This document shows positions 1-9,683 of a DNA stretch of 64,000 bases, piece by piece. The DNA is from Chthonomonadales bacterium. GTDB lineage: Bacteria; Armatimonadota; Chthonomonadetes; Chthonomonadales; CAJBBX01. The notes below the pieces were generated by a model. That model did not search any database and was not told the origin of the DNA. It was given only the letters and a program-made list of their open reading frames with translations. The position numbers were made by a program, and so were the translations under genes. The stretch spans positions 120,587 to 184,586 of the forward strand of contig JBMFSQ010000003.1 of assembly GCA_049967475.1 (NCBI GenBank). Reading direction: 5' to 3'. Each line of letters begins with the position of its first letter. Position 1 is the stretch's first letter.

Positions 1-2948
1 GCCCACCATTGCCCGATCAATTGGTCGCTCATGCACCCGGGCCCCACCTCACCCGGCATCTTTTCGTATCCCGGAAGGTGCTGCTGGAAGTATTCGCCAT
101 TCCAGCAGAGGCGCATGAGGTTCTGTTGGCCTAGCCGGAAGATAGATCGGTATCGTTCCGCGGCACGCGCGTCTCCCATTCGGCGGGCCCACTCCTCGCC
201 CGCGCGCAGAGCCGCCAGATAGTATCCGCTGATGAAGGTAGTGACACCGTGGAGAGCTTCATCATACGTGTTCCATTGATCGTCCTGAAGGATGCCTTGA
301 GGCTCACCGCCGTTGGAGGCTGCGTCCCGTGCGATGAGGTACTCCACCGCCCGTTGCACCCGCGGCCAGTATTCGCGGAAAACGGTGTCGTCGGGGTAGT
401 TCAGGGCTTCACGATAGGCTTTCAATATGGTGCTTGCGTGGCCGTCTGCAAAGGGATGTTCCCCAGTTGGATGGGGCGGCGACGGCACATCTGTTCGATT
501 ATTGATGCCCCCATCCTGCCGCTGCTGATGCAGGAAGTCCACGCGGCGCATTTCGCGCTCCAGTTCCGGGAATACACGGCTGAGCGTCTGCTCATATCCC
601 CATACGTGGGTACAGGTGGGTTGACAGCAGCCGTTGGAACCCTCCCAGCCGTACACATCTCCATTGGCGATGCGGAATACCACCCCGATGTGGCGGATCG
701 TGGCCATCTGCGAGGTGAGGCAATCCAGGAGCCAATAGGGAAGGCTGGTTGCGTAGAACGTGTCCCGAAAGCGCTGGGTGCGGCGGCGAACGGACGAGAA
801 GGAGCGCATCAGTTCTTGGGCCACATCCGCTGCGCTGGGCCAAACGGTGCTGTAGTGGTTGCCCATCCATTCGCCGGCTGCATTGTACTTGTTGGGATAC
901 CACCACGACAATATAAAGGGTACCTCCAGCGTCTTGCCGGGCGGGACAACGATGGAGGAAGCAATCCCTCCATTGATTGTCTTTCCGGCTGAGGTGGGTT
1001 GCTGCTGCGGGTGGCGGTTGGCCCCGAAACCGGACCGAGCATCGAGCTTCTCCCAAGCTTCCATCCACTCGATGAAGGAGGGAAGCGTGGTCACTTTGCC
1101 TGCAAGGGCTGCCAAGGCCAGGGAACCGAAGCCTGGGGACTTAGCGGTAGCGGACCTGGGCGCATGGTACGCAGCCCCTGCGAGTGCGCAGATCTCGCGA
1201 TAGGCCGAATGTTGGGCACCGGCGAGTTCCGCCTCGGCGGGATCTAGAATGCGTCCGGGTACGAAGGCTACAGCGCCGGTCTTCAGGGGTCTCGTTATGG
1301 CTGTGTGCCCCGAAGGGAGGGGCTGTTCTCGTGCGCCCGGGCGCAAGGAAAGACCTCGATACTCAAACTTGCCGTCGGAACCGGTCTCCACGGATCGAAT
1401 ATATGCCGGCATGAGGTCTGCTAGGATACGGAGCGCGCCTTCGCCGGCCGGTAAGTCCGAGAAGACAATGTCGTCCACGTTGATATGACCCCAGCCTCCC
1501 GTTTCCTCGTCAACAATCTCGATGTGGGCAGTGCGCCCGGCGAACTCGCGAACGTCCCACCATGCCGGGATGAGCGCTTCGCTGTTTCTGCCGGATGCCG
1601 TTCGTACGGCTCTTCCTTCTACGATTAGGCGCATCTGAGTTCCGGGGTGGGAACCGCCGCCGATGCGGAATCGAATGAAGCGCCTCTGAATGGTGAATTC
1701 TGGGCTGATCAAGCGCCCCGTAGCGGCATCTCCTCCAAGGTACGAGTTTACGAGACCCTGGCCCGTAAAGCCGCTGACGGGCTGTTGATTGGGCAGGGTC
1801 CCTCTGGCTGGCTCGGTGCCGAACGCCGTCCCTTCTACCTTCCAATCCCCGTATCCGTGCTCGAAGTCCTGGAACACCACGTCGGGCCGAATAGGGGTGC
1901 CGGCGTCGGTATGGCTGTAGCGCACGTATTCGGCAATGAGGCTCGGGTGATCCCCGCTGAGCACCAGAATGGCGCCGTGCTCCACCGCCCGGCGGGCTGC
2001 TTCCAGTAGCATGGGATCAAGGTCCGGAGCTGGGTCCTCGAGCCAGATGACGGTACCCGCCGCGCGTTCCGAAGATGGCGCATTCGCGAGCCGCTCGAAG
2101 GCGTCTACCTGAAGATCCCGCGGTCTCACGGCCGGTGTGGCGTTGAGGGCTTGGATGCTGATGTTCGTGTAGATGCGGAGCGGGCGATCCAGTGCTGCCG
2201 GGTCACTGGGGACGCATTCCATAAGGAGCATCCGTCCGGATGAGCGGTTTACGGCTCCCCCGAAATTGGGGTGGCTCGTGCCCAGGTCTTGCGGTCCTCG
2301 CGAGAACGGAGCCGCCGGCCCCATGGCGTCGTATCCTGCCGGATTGCGCATGAGCGCGGCAATGGACACCGGAATGGGCTCTTGGGTAGGATTGTGCACT
2401 TTGAAAAGGAATACAGCCGCCGGCATGGAGGAGAGGCGTGTGTCCAGCGGCGAGAACGGGGTAAAGGCCTCGAGTTGAAGGCGTACAGGCAGGTCCGCGT
2501 CGTGGAATGTAAGTGTGGCACAGGGGTACTCGCCCCGCATTTCAATTTGGTGGATGCGGGGAAACTCCGGGCCGCCAGAAGTCTGAAGAAGTTTGCCTGC
2601 CTCACCTGCCTTGATGACGAAGAAGCACGGAACGTAGCCGTCCCGCAGAGTATTGAAGAGCTGCCACGTGGTGAGCTGCCCATCCGCGCCGATCTCGAAG
2701 TTCCCTGTACCGATGCCGCCCAGGTGCATCCGTGCATCAGTATGCTTGTAGGAGAGGTACACGCGCGCCTCGCCGGGGTTAGGCGGATCGCCACGCCGAT
2801 CCTCGCCTGCGGCCGCGTCTATGAGGGATGCGGATGCGGCCTTTGCGGCGAGGGCGGCGGCCGCACTGCTTCCTGCCAACAACATCAATTCACGCCGCGT
2901 TACACCGTAGGGACCGCAGCTTCCAGCGCAATTGCAATTCCTACTCAC
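1..2948 (-). CDS. GH116 (GBA2-like) glycoside hydrolase with Tat signal peptide; C-terminus lies beyond the left edge
   Basis: Not in the ORF track, presumably because its stop is outside the window. Segments translated by hand: GTG at 2948 gives MSRNCNCAGSCGPYGVTRRELMLLAG (twin-Arg), then HLGGIGTGNFEI...WQLFN (GH116 N-domain). The same frame at the window edge reads LCWNGEYFQQ...GCMSDQLIGQWWA (GH116 catalytic domain). No track ORF terminates in this frame. Confidence 0.85.
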   Translation of the reverse strand, partial: MSRNCNCAGSCGPYGVTRRELMLLAGSSAAAALAAKAASASLIDAAAGEDRRGDPPNPGEARVYLSYKHTDARMHLGGIGTGNFEIGADGQLTTWQLFNTLRDGYVPCFFVIKAGEAGKLLQTSGGPEFPRIHQIEMRGEYPCATLTFHDADLPVRLQLEAFTPFSPLDTRLSSMPAAVFLFKVHNPTQEPIPVSIAALMRNPAGYDAMGPAAPFSRGPQDLGTSHPNFGGAVNRSSGRMLLMECVPSDPAALDRPLRIYTNISIQALNATPAVRPRDLQVDAFERLANAPSSERAAGTVIWLEDPAPDLDPMLLEAARRAVEHGAILVLSGDHPSLIAEYVRYSHTDAGTPIRPDVVFQDFEHGYGDWKVEGTAFGTEPARGTLPNQQPVSGFTGQGLVNSYLGGDAATGRLISPEFTIQRRFIRFRIGGGSHPGTQMRLIVEGRAVRTASGRNSEALIPAWWDVREFAGRTAHIEIVDEETGGWGHINVDDIVFSDLPAGEGALRILADLMPAYIRSVETGSDGKFEYRGLSLRPGAREQPLPSGHTAITRPLKTGAVAFVPGRILDPAEAELAGAQHSAYREICALAGAAYHAPRSATAKSPGFGSLALAALAGKVTTLPSFIEWMEAWEKLDARSGFGANRHPQQQPTSAGKTINGGIASSIVVPPGKTLEVPFILSWWYPNKYNAAGEWMGNHYSTVWPSAADVAQELMRSFSSVRRRTQRFRDTFYATSLPYWLLDCLTSQMATIRHIGVVFRIANGDVYGWEGSNGCCQPTCTHVWGYEQTLSRVFPELEREMRRVDFLHQQRQDGGINNRTDVPSPPHPTGEHPFADGHASTILKAYREALNYPDDTVFREYWPRVQRAVEYLIARDAASNGGEPQGILQDDQWNTYDEALHGVTTFISGYYLAALRAGEEWARRMGDARAAERYRSIFRLGQQNLMRLCWNGEYFQQHLPGYEKMPGEVGPGCMSDQLIGQWW

Positions 2949-3466
2949 CGCATGCTTTCCTTCCCGGATCCATTCATAGGAGCCGACGGCTCATCGTCGC
3001 TCCGAAGGAATGTACCACTGCGGCCGCCGCTTTTGGACACGAGGCGGATAGAATGCACGACGGCGCTGCGGTCCACGGCTTTGACCATGTCGTAAACGGT
3101 CAAAGCTGCCAATGTCACCGCGGTGAGTGCCTCCATCTCCACACCCGTTCGGTCCACAGTGGAAGCATGGGCTTCGATTTCCACGCGGTCGTCTAGCACA
3201 TCCAGATGAACTTCCACATGAGAGAGTGCGACCTGGTGGCACAGAGGGATCAGCTCGCTGGTACGCTTCGCTGCCATGATGCCGGCGATCCGTGCTGCGG
3301 CAAACACGTCGCCCTTGGGCACCTTGCCATCCTTAAGAAGGCGGATGGTGGCCGGTGAAAGGATCACCGATGCGCGGGCTGTTGCGGTGCGCTCAGTGGT
3401 TGCCTTGTGGCCTACGGGCACCATTCTGGCTTGGCCGCTTCCGTCGAGATGCGTAAGGTTTTCCAT
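2945..3466 (-). CDS. moaC: Cyclic pyranopterin monophosphate synthase MoaC
   Basis: LTHLD..G.ARMV, LIPLCH and GVEMEALT motifs; ATG 3466 preceded by GAGGAG. Confidence 0.95.
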   Translation of the reverse strand: MENLTHLDGSGQARMVPVGHKATTERTATARASVILSPATIRLLKDGKVPKGDVFAAARIAGIMAAKRTSELIPLCHQVALSHVEVHLDVLDDRVEIEAHASTVDRTGVEMEALTAVTLAALTVYDMVKAVDRSAVVHSIRLVSKSGGRSGTFLRSDDEPSAPMNGSGKESMR

Positions 3467-3515
3467 TCGGCGTTCTCCTCGAAAAAAGTCCCAAACCAAA
3501 ATGTGCCTTGGAGGC

Positions 3516-4139
3516 TTAGGAATACGCTTCGTCGGCAGGGAAAACAGTTGCCGCGGGTTCCGTGGTGACGGCTTTGCAGCGGGCCAGATCGCCTGGGGTA
3601 TTGATATTGGTGAATGTCAGCAGGCGCGGATCCACCTCTTCTAAGAGCGCCTGTGCCACATGGAGAACGTCCATGCTCTCCAAAGCACGGTGGAGAGCCC
3701 GCTCACCTTCATTCAAGCGAGCCCGGAGGTGCGCAACGGCTCGGCCCGAGTACGCCGCGCACGTGGGCTGCAAGCAGCCGTGCACCACGGGAACCGCCGC
3801 GTCATGCCCCTCCACGAGCTGAAGCAGCAATTGGAGCACGCGTGCATTCAAGAACGGCATATCACAGGCAGCCACCAGGTGGTTGCCTGTTCCCGCAGCC
3901 ATGAGGCCGGTCACGATGCCTGCCAAGGGGCCGGCGTCCATGACAATGTCGTGCACCACCTTTGTGTCGTGCGGCGCCGGGCAGGTGCTCGCCGGCGATG
4001 CTACCACGTACACCGGATGGGTTACCTCGCCGAGGCGCGCGACGACGGCGTCCAGCAGCGTGCGGCCATCCCAGAGCAGCGACGCTTTGTCCCGCCCCAT
4101 GCGTATGCTTTTGCCGCCCGCCAGCACGATGCCTGCCAT
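3516..4139 (-). CDS. mobA: Molybdenum cofactor guanylyltransferase
   Basis: LAGGKSIRMGRDK, GPLAGI, ACDMPF and NINTP motifs; next to moaC. Confidence 0.92.
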   Translation of the reverse strand: MAGIVLAGGKSIRMGRDKASLLWDGRTLLDAVVARLGEVTHPVYVVASPASTCPAPHDTKVVHDIVMDAGPLAGIVTGLMAAGTGNHLVAACDMPFLNARVLQLLLQLVEGHDAAVPVVHGCLQPTCAAYSGRAVAHLRARLNEGERALHRALESMDVLHVAQALLEEVDPRLLTFTNINTPGDLARCKAVTTEPAATVFPADEAYS

Positions 4140-4256
4140 CGCAATGCTCCCATCGGGGTAAAACTATTATAGCGGCCGCGGGTCCATAACACAACGGGCC
4201 GCGGTGTCTACGCGGCACGACTTTGAAGCACATCGCTGGACAGAAAGGCAGGGACA

Positions 4257-5276
4257 ATGGCCGTAGGGGGCGACAGTCTGCACAAAGTGATCATTCTAGG
4301 AAGCGGGCCGGCGGGATACACTGCCGCACTCTATACGGCTCGGGCCAACCTAGAGCCATTGCTGGTGGATGGCGGGGCCGGGATGGGGCAAGCGCTTCAG
4401 GGCCAGGGCGGCCAGCTTACCATCACTACGGAAGTAGAGAATTACCCGGGATTTCCCGAAGGCATCATGGGCCCGGAACTCATGATCCGCATGCGAGAAC
4501 AGGTGGCACGCTTTGGGACGCGCTTCGTTGAAGACCTCGCGACACGTGTAGACATCACGCAGCGGCCCTTCAAGGTTTGGGTGGGTGACGACACGTACCT
4601 ATGTCGCGTGCTGATCATCGCCACCGGAGCTTCGGCGCGCTGGCTCGGACTGGAGGCGGAAAAGCCGGTGTTCGAGGGCGGATTGGGCGGCGCCGGCGTG
4701 TCTGCGTGCGCTACCTGCGATGGAGCCCTGCCTATATTCCGCAACAAAGAATTGGCGGTGGTGGGCGGGGGAGACACCGCCGTCGAAGAGGCGCTTTACC
4801 TCACGCATTTTGCTTCGAGGGTATACCTGATCCACCGGCGCGACCAACTACGGGCATCCAAGATCATGCAAAGGCGCCTCATGGAGAACCCCAAGATCCA
4901 CATCCTCTGGAACAAGGTCGTGGTAGACATTCACGATGTGAAGATCAAGCGCGTCACCGGAGTGACCCTCAAGGACACCGTGACCGGTGAACAAAGCTTT
5001 CTGCCCATCGGAGGGCTCTTTATCGCCATCGGCCACAAGCCCAACAGCGATATGTTCGTTGGCCAGTTGGAACTGGATCCCGCGGGATATATCGTTACCC
5101 ACAAGGACGTGCGCACGAGCGTTCCGGGCGTATTCGCCTGCGGCGACGTGCAAGATCACGAGTACCGCCAGGCGATTACGGCCGCGGGTTCCGGATGCAT
5201 GGCCGCAATTCAGGCCGAGCGGTACCTGGCAGCCCTGGGCGAGGATCCGGCCGCCATTCCTTCAGATCCCTGGTAG
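4257..5276 (+). CDS. trxB: Thioredoxin-disulfide reductase
   Basis: GSGPAGYTAA, redox CATC, GGGDTA, QAITAAGSG motifs. Confidence 0.96.
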   Translation: MAVGGDSLHKVIILGSGPAGYTAALYTARANLEPLLVDGGAGMGQALQGQGGQLTITTEVENYPGFPEGIMGPELMIRMREQVARFGTRFVEDLATRVDITQRPFKVWVGDDTYLCRVLIIATGASARWLGLEAEKPVFEGGLGGAGVSACATCDGALPIFRNKELAVVGGGDTAVEEALYLTHFASRVYLIHRRDQLRASKIMQRRLMENPKIHILWNKVVVDIHDVKIKRVTGVTLKDTVTGEQSFLPIGGLFIAIGHKPNSDMFVGQLELDPAGYIVTHKDVRTSVPGVFACGDVQDHEYRQAITAAGSGCMAAIQAERYLAALGEDPAAIPSDPW

Positions 5277-5297
5277 TTTCGCAGAAGGTGCATCGCC

Positions 5298-6461
5298 ATG
5301 CGCTTCGGAGACATCATCGGCCACGAGCCGGCAATCCGTGTGCTCCGGCGAGCGCTTGCCTATGGCGAGGACACGGGTACGTTCCTTATCTTGGGTGAAG
5401 CCGGCGTCGGCAAGACGGCGTTGGCGGAAGCATTTGCCGCCGCGGCGGCTTGCCTTAGCCCTCAGCGGGAGCCCTTCGACGCCTGCGGGGAATGCGCATC
5501 CTGCCGACGGGCTGTTGTCGGCGCCCAACCTGAGATCGTCACGATCGCTCCGGCTGGGGAGCAGACGCAGATTTGGCAATTCTGGGACCGCGAGGGTAAG
5601 CCGCCCGGCGTGCTTCAGAGAGCGCTTGGCTTCGCGCCCACTGTGGGTCGCAAGCGTGTATTCATAATCGAGCGGGCCGACACCCTCACGGAAGCGGCTG
5701 CAAACAGCCTGCTCAAGGTGCTCGAGGAGCCGCCGCCCTACGTGCTTTTTGTGCTGCTTGCGGCCCATGCGTCGCGCCTCTTGCCCACCATTCTTTCCCG
5801 GGCGAGGATGCTTCGTCTTTCGCCTGTGCCCGTTGACGAGTTGGCTGCCCGCCTTCAGGAGGTAGCCCATCTGTCCTACGATGAGGCCCGAGCCCTGGCG
5901 ATTGCTTCCGGGGGGCGGCCGGGGGTCGCTCTTTCATACGCCCGAGCTGAGGGAGGTACTGGTGACATGGATCGCGTGCTGGATTGGGCCGAGGCGCTCC
6001 CTACAGCGCCGGCTCTGGCCGCGCCCCAGCTTGCGGACACATTCAGGCGGTTGACTGCGTCGGCCACGAGTTCCGCCTCTGAAGCCGTCGAGGCGTCGGG
6101 AGACGACGGCGCAGGCACAGACCGTGTGGGACGCGGGAAGGCTGCGGCCGCCGTAGACCTCGCAACGATGCTGTATCGCGATCTGCTGGCTGCTAGCCTC
6201 AAGCGTAACGCAGAAGCTTTGGTTTTCCAGCATCGTAGCAGCAGGGTATTGGCTTTGGCGCATGCGGCCCCGCCTGTCGTGTGGGCATCGTGTTTGGAAG
6301 CCCTGCTGAAGGCCCGGCGCAGGCTGGACCAAAACGTGTCGGTACGGCTCGTATTGGAGGGCCTCACCGCGGAACTCGTGGCGGCGTGCACGCCGATGGC
6401 CCCAGACAACAGAAACCGCAAACCGAAGGGAGAAGAGGATGAGCCGGTGGAAGCAAGGTGA
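5298..6461 (+). CDS. holB: DNA polymerase III delta' subunit (clamp loader)
   Basis: F.DIIGHE start, GEAGVGKT, CGECASC zinc module, AANSLLKVLEEPP, TILSR. Confidence 0.88.
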   Translation: MRFGDIIGHEPAIRVLRRALAYGEDTGTFLILGEAGVGKTALAEAFAAAAACLSPQREPFDACGECASCRRAVVGAQPEIVTIAPAGEQTQIWQFWDREGKPPGVLQRALGFAPTVGRKRVFIIERADTLTEAAANSLLKVLEEPPPYVLFVLLAAHASRLLPTILSRARMLRLSPVPVDELAARLQEVAHLSYDEARALAIASGGRPGVALSYARAEGGTGDMDRVLDWAEALPTAPALAAPQLADTFRRLTASATSSASEAVEASGDDGAGTDRVGRGKAAAAVDLATMLYRDLLAASLKRNAEALVFQHRSSRVLALAHAAPPVVWASCLEALLKARRRLDQNVSVRLVLEGLTAELVAACTPMAPDNRNRKPKGEEDEPVEAR

Positions 6462-6942
6462 CCGTGTGCGCATCGTCGCGCGCGAAGTAACGGCAGATGA
6501 TCTGAAGAACCAAACATACTTTGGCCACTATGGAGGCCTCACCGGCACAGTCCAGAAGGTCTATAACGATTTGGAGATTGCCGTGGAGGTGCATCCGGAG
6601 AGCCTTTCGCAAGAAATACGGGATCGGCACCTGGATGTGCGCAACCAGATGAAAACCAAATGGCTGGAAGGCCTTTCCGAAGAGGGGAGGAGCCATCTTA
6701 CAGAGCGCGAGAAGGATTTCAACCTTCGCTATGTGGTTCTCGTGTCCGGTAAGGACTTGGAAAAGGTCCCTGGGGAGGGCGGTGCTCCATCCGCTCAGGG
6801 CAAAGGCTCCGGGCCCAAGAAGGAACAAGGAGAACATGTCGCCACCATCGTGGAAGGTTCTTCGGCGGCGCGCAAGACGTTAGCCGAAATCGAGGCAGCC
6901 GAACAAGCCGAGCTGTTGAAGCGGGCGTCGGGCGAAAAGTAG
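6439..6942 (+). CDS. Hypothetical protein, possible N-terminal SH3/KOW-like beta domain and charged tail
   Basis: GAGG RBS, overlaps the holB end, protein-like composition (WKQGDRVRIV). Confidence 0.7.
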   Translation: MSRWKQGDRVRIVAREVTADDLKNQTYFGHYGGLTGTVQKVYNDLEIAVEVHPESLSQEIRDRHLDVRNQMKTKWLEGLSEEGRSHLTEREKDFNLRYVVLVSGKDLEKVPGEGGAPSAQGKGSGPKKEQGEHVATIVEGSSAARKTLAEIEAAEQAELLKRASGEK

Positions 6943-7079
6943 CAGCCGGCCGGTATCGCCGGACCCATCGCATTCGGCTGCTTCATGGGGTTGGGGTGGG
7001 AGAGGAAGGGCCGCTTGGACGTCCTGGCCGACGGCATGAAGGGCAATGAGGTTCCTGCGCTCCAATCAGGGAGGAGGCC

Positions 7080-8264
7080 GTGATAGATCTCGAACAACTG
7101 CTGCCCCAGATAGCGGACCTCGTGCAATACCGTCTCGCCGAGCTGGCGGCGTGTAGGGGTGGGAAGGATGCCGCGCTGGAGGTAATCGCGGGGTTGGCGG
7201 AAGGATGGGAGACGCTGGCCGAGCGCATCGAAGCTGCCGATGCAGGAGGTCTCATCGCGATTCCTCAGGAGGCGCCTCCGGCCCGCCATCCCTTGCCGGC
7301 GGTGCCGCGCGTGTATTGCGTCGTAGCGACCGATGGCTCCCAAATCGGCTATGACCGCCATGAGGTGGCGCCCTGTGCCCTCATCAACGTTGGGCGTGTA
7401 CGCATCGAGTATGATGATCCGCCCGCCGTTCGGCTGGATGGATGCCCCACGCTCCTCTACAGAACGGAGGAGCTCATGGAGGCTGATGGCGGCGACGCCC
7501 ACGTTCTCAGCGCGCGCCGCATCTCCACGCTGCGCATGGAGCAAGAGTGCCAGGAACTTGGGAAACTGATACAAGAAGCTCGCTCGTCGCGCCCGACCAT
7601 CGCTTTGGTAGATGGGACGCTGATCCCGTGGTCCTTGGAAGCCGAGACCGATGAAGTGCGGAAACGCGCACTGGAAGGTTTCGAGCGGTTGCTGAACATA
7701 GCGCATTCGGCGCAGGTTCCTATCGCGGGCTATATCAGCGATCCGGGGAGCCGGGATGTTATGAACCTGCTCCACGCGCTGCGCTGCGGCATCGAAAAGG
7801 CGCCGTGCGGCCTGAAGTGTTTCTCACGACGGGCGCTGAGGAAAGGAGCTCCGTGTGAACCTCTTCAGGATCTAACGGATGCCGTTCTGTTCGCGGCAGT
7901 TCTGCAGCCCGGCGAGCGCTCGGCCGTTTTCCGCAGCCGCTCGCGCATCTTGCAGGATCTGGCGGAAGAGAACCGTACCTGCTTCTGCTACCTTCGGCTG
8001 GAGGGGGAAGTGGCGCGTATCGAAATACCCGCGTGGGTCGCCGAACAGAGCGAGTGGTTCGACCGCGTGCATGCCGTCGTGTGGGATCAGGTGCAGAAGG
8101 GCCTTGGCTATCCCAGGGCTCTCACTGAAGCCCATGAACTCGCTGTTGTGCGGGGCGAGGACCGGCGTCTCTTTTTCGAGCTGCTCAGCGCTCAGCTAGC
8201 CGCAAAGGGCCTCCCGCTGACCAGAACCGGCAAAGCTATGGCGAAGGCCGTGAGGAGCGTTTAG
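7080..8264 (+). CDS. nurA: NurA-family nuclease
   Basis: ATDGSQ and LVDGTL acidic motifs, ARIEIP, GYP.AL.EAHE.AVV C-terminal motif; GGAGGAGG RBS. Confidence 0.88.
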   Translation: MIDLEQLLPQIADLVQYRLAELAACRGGKDAALEVIAGLAEGWETLAERIEAADAGGLIAIPQEAPPARHPLPAVPRVYCVVATDGSQIGYDRHEVAPCALINVGRVRIEYDDPPAVRLDGCPTLLYRTEELMEADGGDAHVLSARRISTLRMEQECQELGKLIQEARSSRPTIALVDGTLIPWSLEAETDEVRKRALEGFERLLNIAHSAQVPIAGYISDPGSRDVMNLLHALRCGIEKAPCGLKCFSRRALRKGAPCEPLQDLTDAVLFAAVLQPGERSAVFRSRSRILQDLAEENRTCFCYLRLEGEVARIEIPAWVAEQSEWFDRVHAVVWDQVQKGLGYPRALTEAHELAVVRGEDRRLFFELLSAQLAAKGLPLTRTGKAMAKAVRSV

Positions 8265-8408
8265 GCAGGCGGGGAGGCTGAGGGCCGGATGCTCTTGGGA
8301 GCGGTCCAAGGATCCATGGTGCGGGCTGCGGGCCGAAGCCTCCAAGGTCGGACCCGCGCGGCCACAGGGGCCGACGTTGAACGTAACCCGTCTTGCCGGC
8401 GCAGGGCG

Positions 8409-9281
8409 TCATCCTGCTTCGCGCTTCGAGGCTCGATCGCCCAACATGTGCTTGCGCTGGAGGTCGAAGCAGTAGCGTAAGAGAAGTTCCTGCGTGTCGC
8501 AGGACAAGTCAGTAAAGGCGCACTGCGCGACGTAGGGGTAAGGCTCGCTTTTCGGCGCGCGGCGGCATTCCAATACGGATGCATGGAAGAGGGTTCCGCG
8601 TTCATCGGTGATGGGGATGCGCACGGTAATGCGCGTGTCTGCCTTCAGTTGTGTCGGAACGCCGATGCGCGCGCCGCTGGCCGAGATATCGCGGATCGCC
8701 CCGCAATAAAATTCCTCCGATCCGGAGCCACCGCCGGAAACAGACACCATCGTGGGAAGATCCACCCCGACCCGGAAGAATTGGCGCCGCTGGATCCGGG
8801 CAACCCAAGGGGGCCGGGTTACACGTACCTGTACGTCCTCGGCAATCTCCACGCTAAGGACCGTGGCATAGAACTGGTAGGCCGAAGTGGGAGCCGCCAC
8901 GGTTACGAGAACCGCTTGATTGCGCTCCAAAAACCGCTCGTCTCCTTCCACCAGCCTCAGCAGAATGGCGCTCCGCTGTACTTGAAGCACTTCCGTACGC
9001 ACCAGGGGCGGTTCGGGCACTCCTACAGGCCGAAGCGTTGCCGACGGACTGTTCTTGATGGACGATGTCGCTCGAATCTCGCCTCCCAGGTCTTTCGTCA
9101 GAGCAGCAGAAACGTGCGCCCAATAGATCCTCCGTCCGTAAAGCCAAAGGAGAGCCAGCAGGACGCCCAACCCTACCAGAGCCATCGAGCTCCAGTGGAG
9201 GCTTTGTACCGCGTGAAGGATTGTTGCCGCAGGTCGAGCCAGCCCCATCGGGTCAAGGAACGCAAACGAAAGCGCAGGCAT
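8409..9281 (-). CDS. Membrane-anchored YcgR-like flagellar brake / PilZ c-di-GMP effector (start uncertain; ORF open to 9599)
   Basis: QRRQFFR (RxxxR) and DISASG (DxSxxG) PilZ motifs, preceded by a YcgR-N-like beta domain and one hydrophobic helix. Confidence 0.85.
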   Translation of the reverse strand: MPALSFAFLDPMGLARPAATILHAVQSLHWSSMALVGLGVLLALLWLYGRRIYWAHVSAALTKDLGGEIRATSSIKNSPSATLRPVGVPEPPLVRTEVLQVQRSAILLRLVEGDERFLERNQAVLVTVAAPTSAYQFYATVLSVEIAEDVQVRVTRPPWVARIQRRQFFRVGVDLPTMVSVSGGGSGSEEFYCGAIRDISASGARIGVPTQLKADTRITVRIPITDERGTLFHASVLECRRAPKSEPYPYVAQCAFTDLSCDTQELLLRYCFDLQRKHMLGDRASKREAG

Positions 9282-9555
9282 CAGAGCCGATCGTGTGGAG
9301 GAGATCCTCGGAGAAGAGCCGTTCGTAGTCCTGCCCGAGCAGTGCAGCGGCCGCCGGCAGCGGTTCGTCCTGACGGCTGCGGGCCGTAACAGAAACTGAT
9401 GCGCTGCGCCGTTGAGGTGGACGAGCGCAACGCTCACATTGGATCGTAACGAATGATCGGTACCCATTCGTGCTTCTTGTCGGGCTGCAGCGGCCGGCGA
9501 ATGCTTCGCGCGCAGGCTCCAGCACCTGACTGGCCAGCCGCGGACGTTAGTATGA

Positions 9556-9583
9556 GTTTCGGCAGAAGGCCCCTTTTCCATTA
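9556..9583 (-). promoter_or_regulatory. Putative sigma-28 (FliA/SigD) promoter
   Basis: Minus strand TAAT-N16-GCCGAAAC, compared with consensus TAAA-N15/16-GCCGATAA; upstream of the PilZ gene. Confidence 0.4.
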
Positions 9584-9683
9584 CTGGGGCTACCCGCATA
9601 TACCGGGGGCGCTGAAGGGGCAGGCAGCAAAGTTCCCAACGGCGAACCGCCAGAGAACTGCGCCGGCTAAGCGCGAATGGCTC

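Noticed and set aside
249..3095. Plus-strand ORFs 249..992, 1647..2009 and 2271..3095
   Set aside because: Antisense shadows of the minus-strand GH116 gene, which has clear family motifs
4140..4256. Moco riboswitch upstream of mobA
   Set aside because: Gap is about 115 bp, shared with the divergent trxB, and the -10 box lies about 30 bp from the ATG, leaving no room
9282..9683. c-di-GMP riboswitch in the leader of the PilZ gene
   Set aside because: Class I GCAAAC...GAAA...GCAAAG core not found on the coding strand
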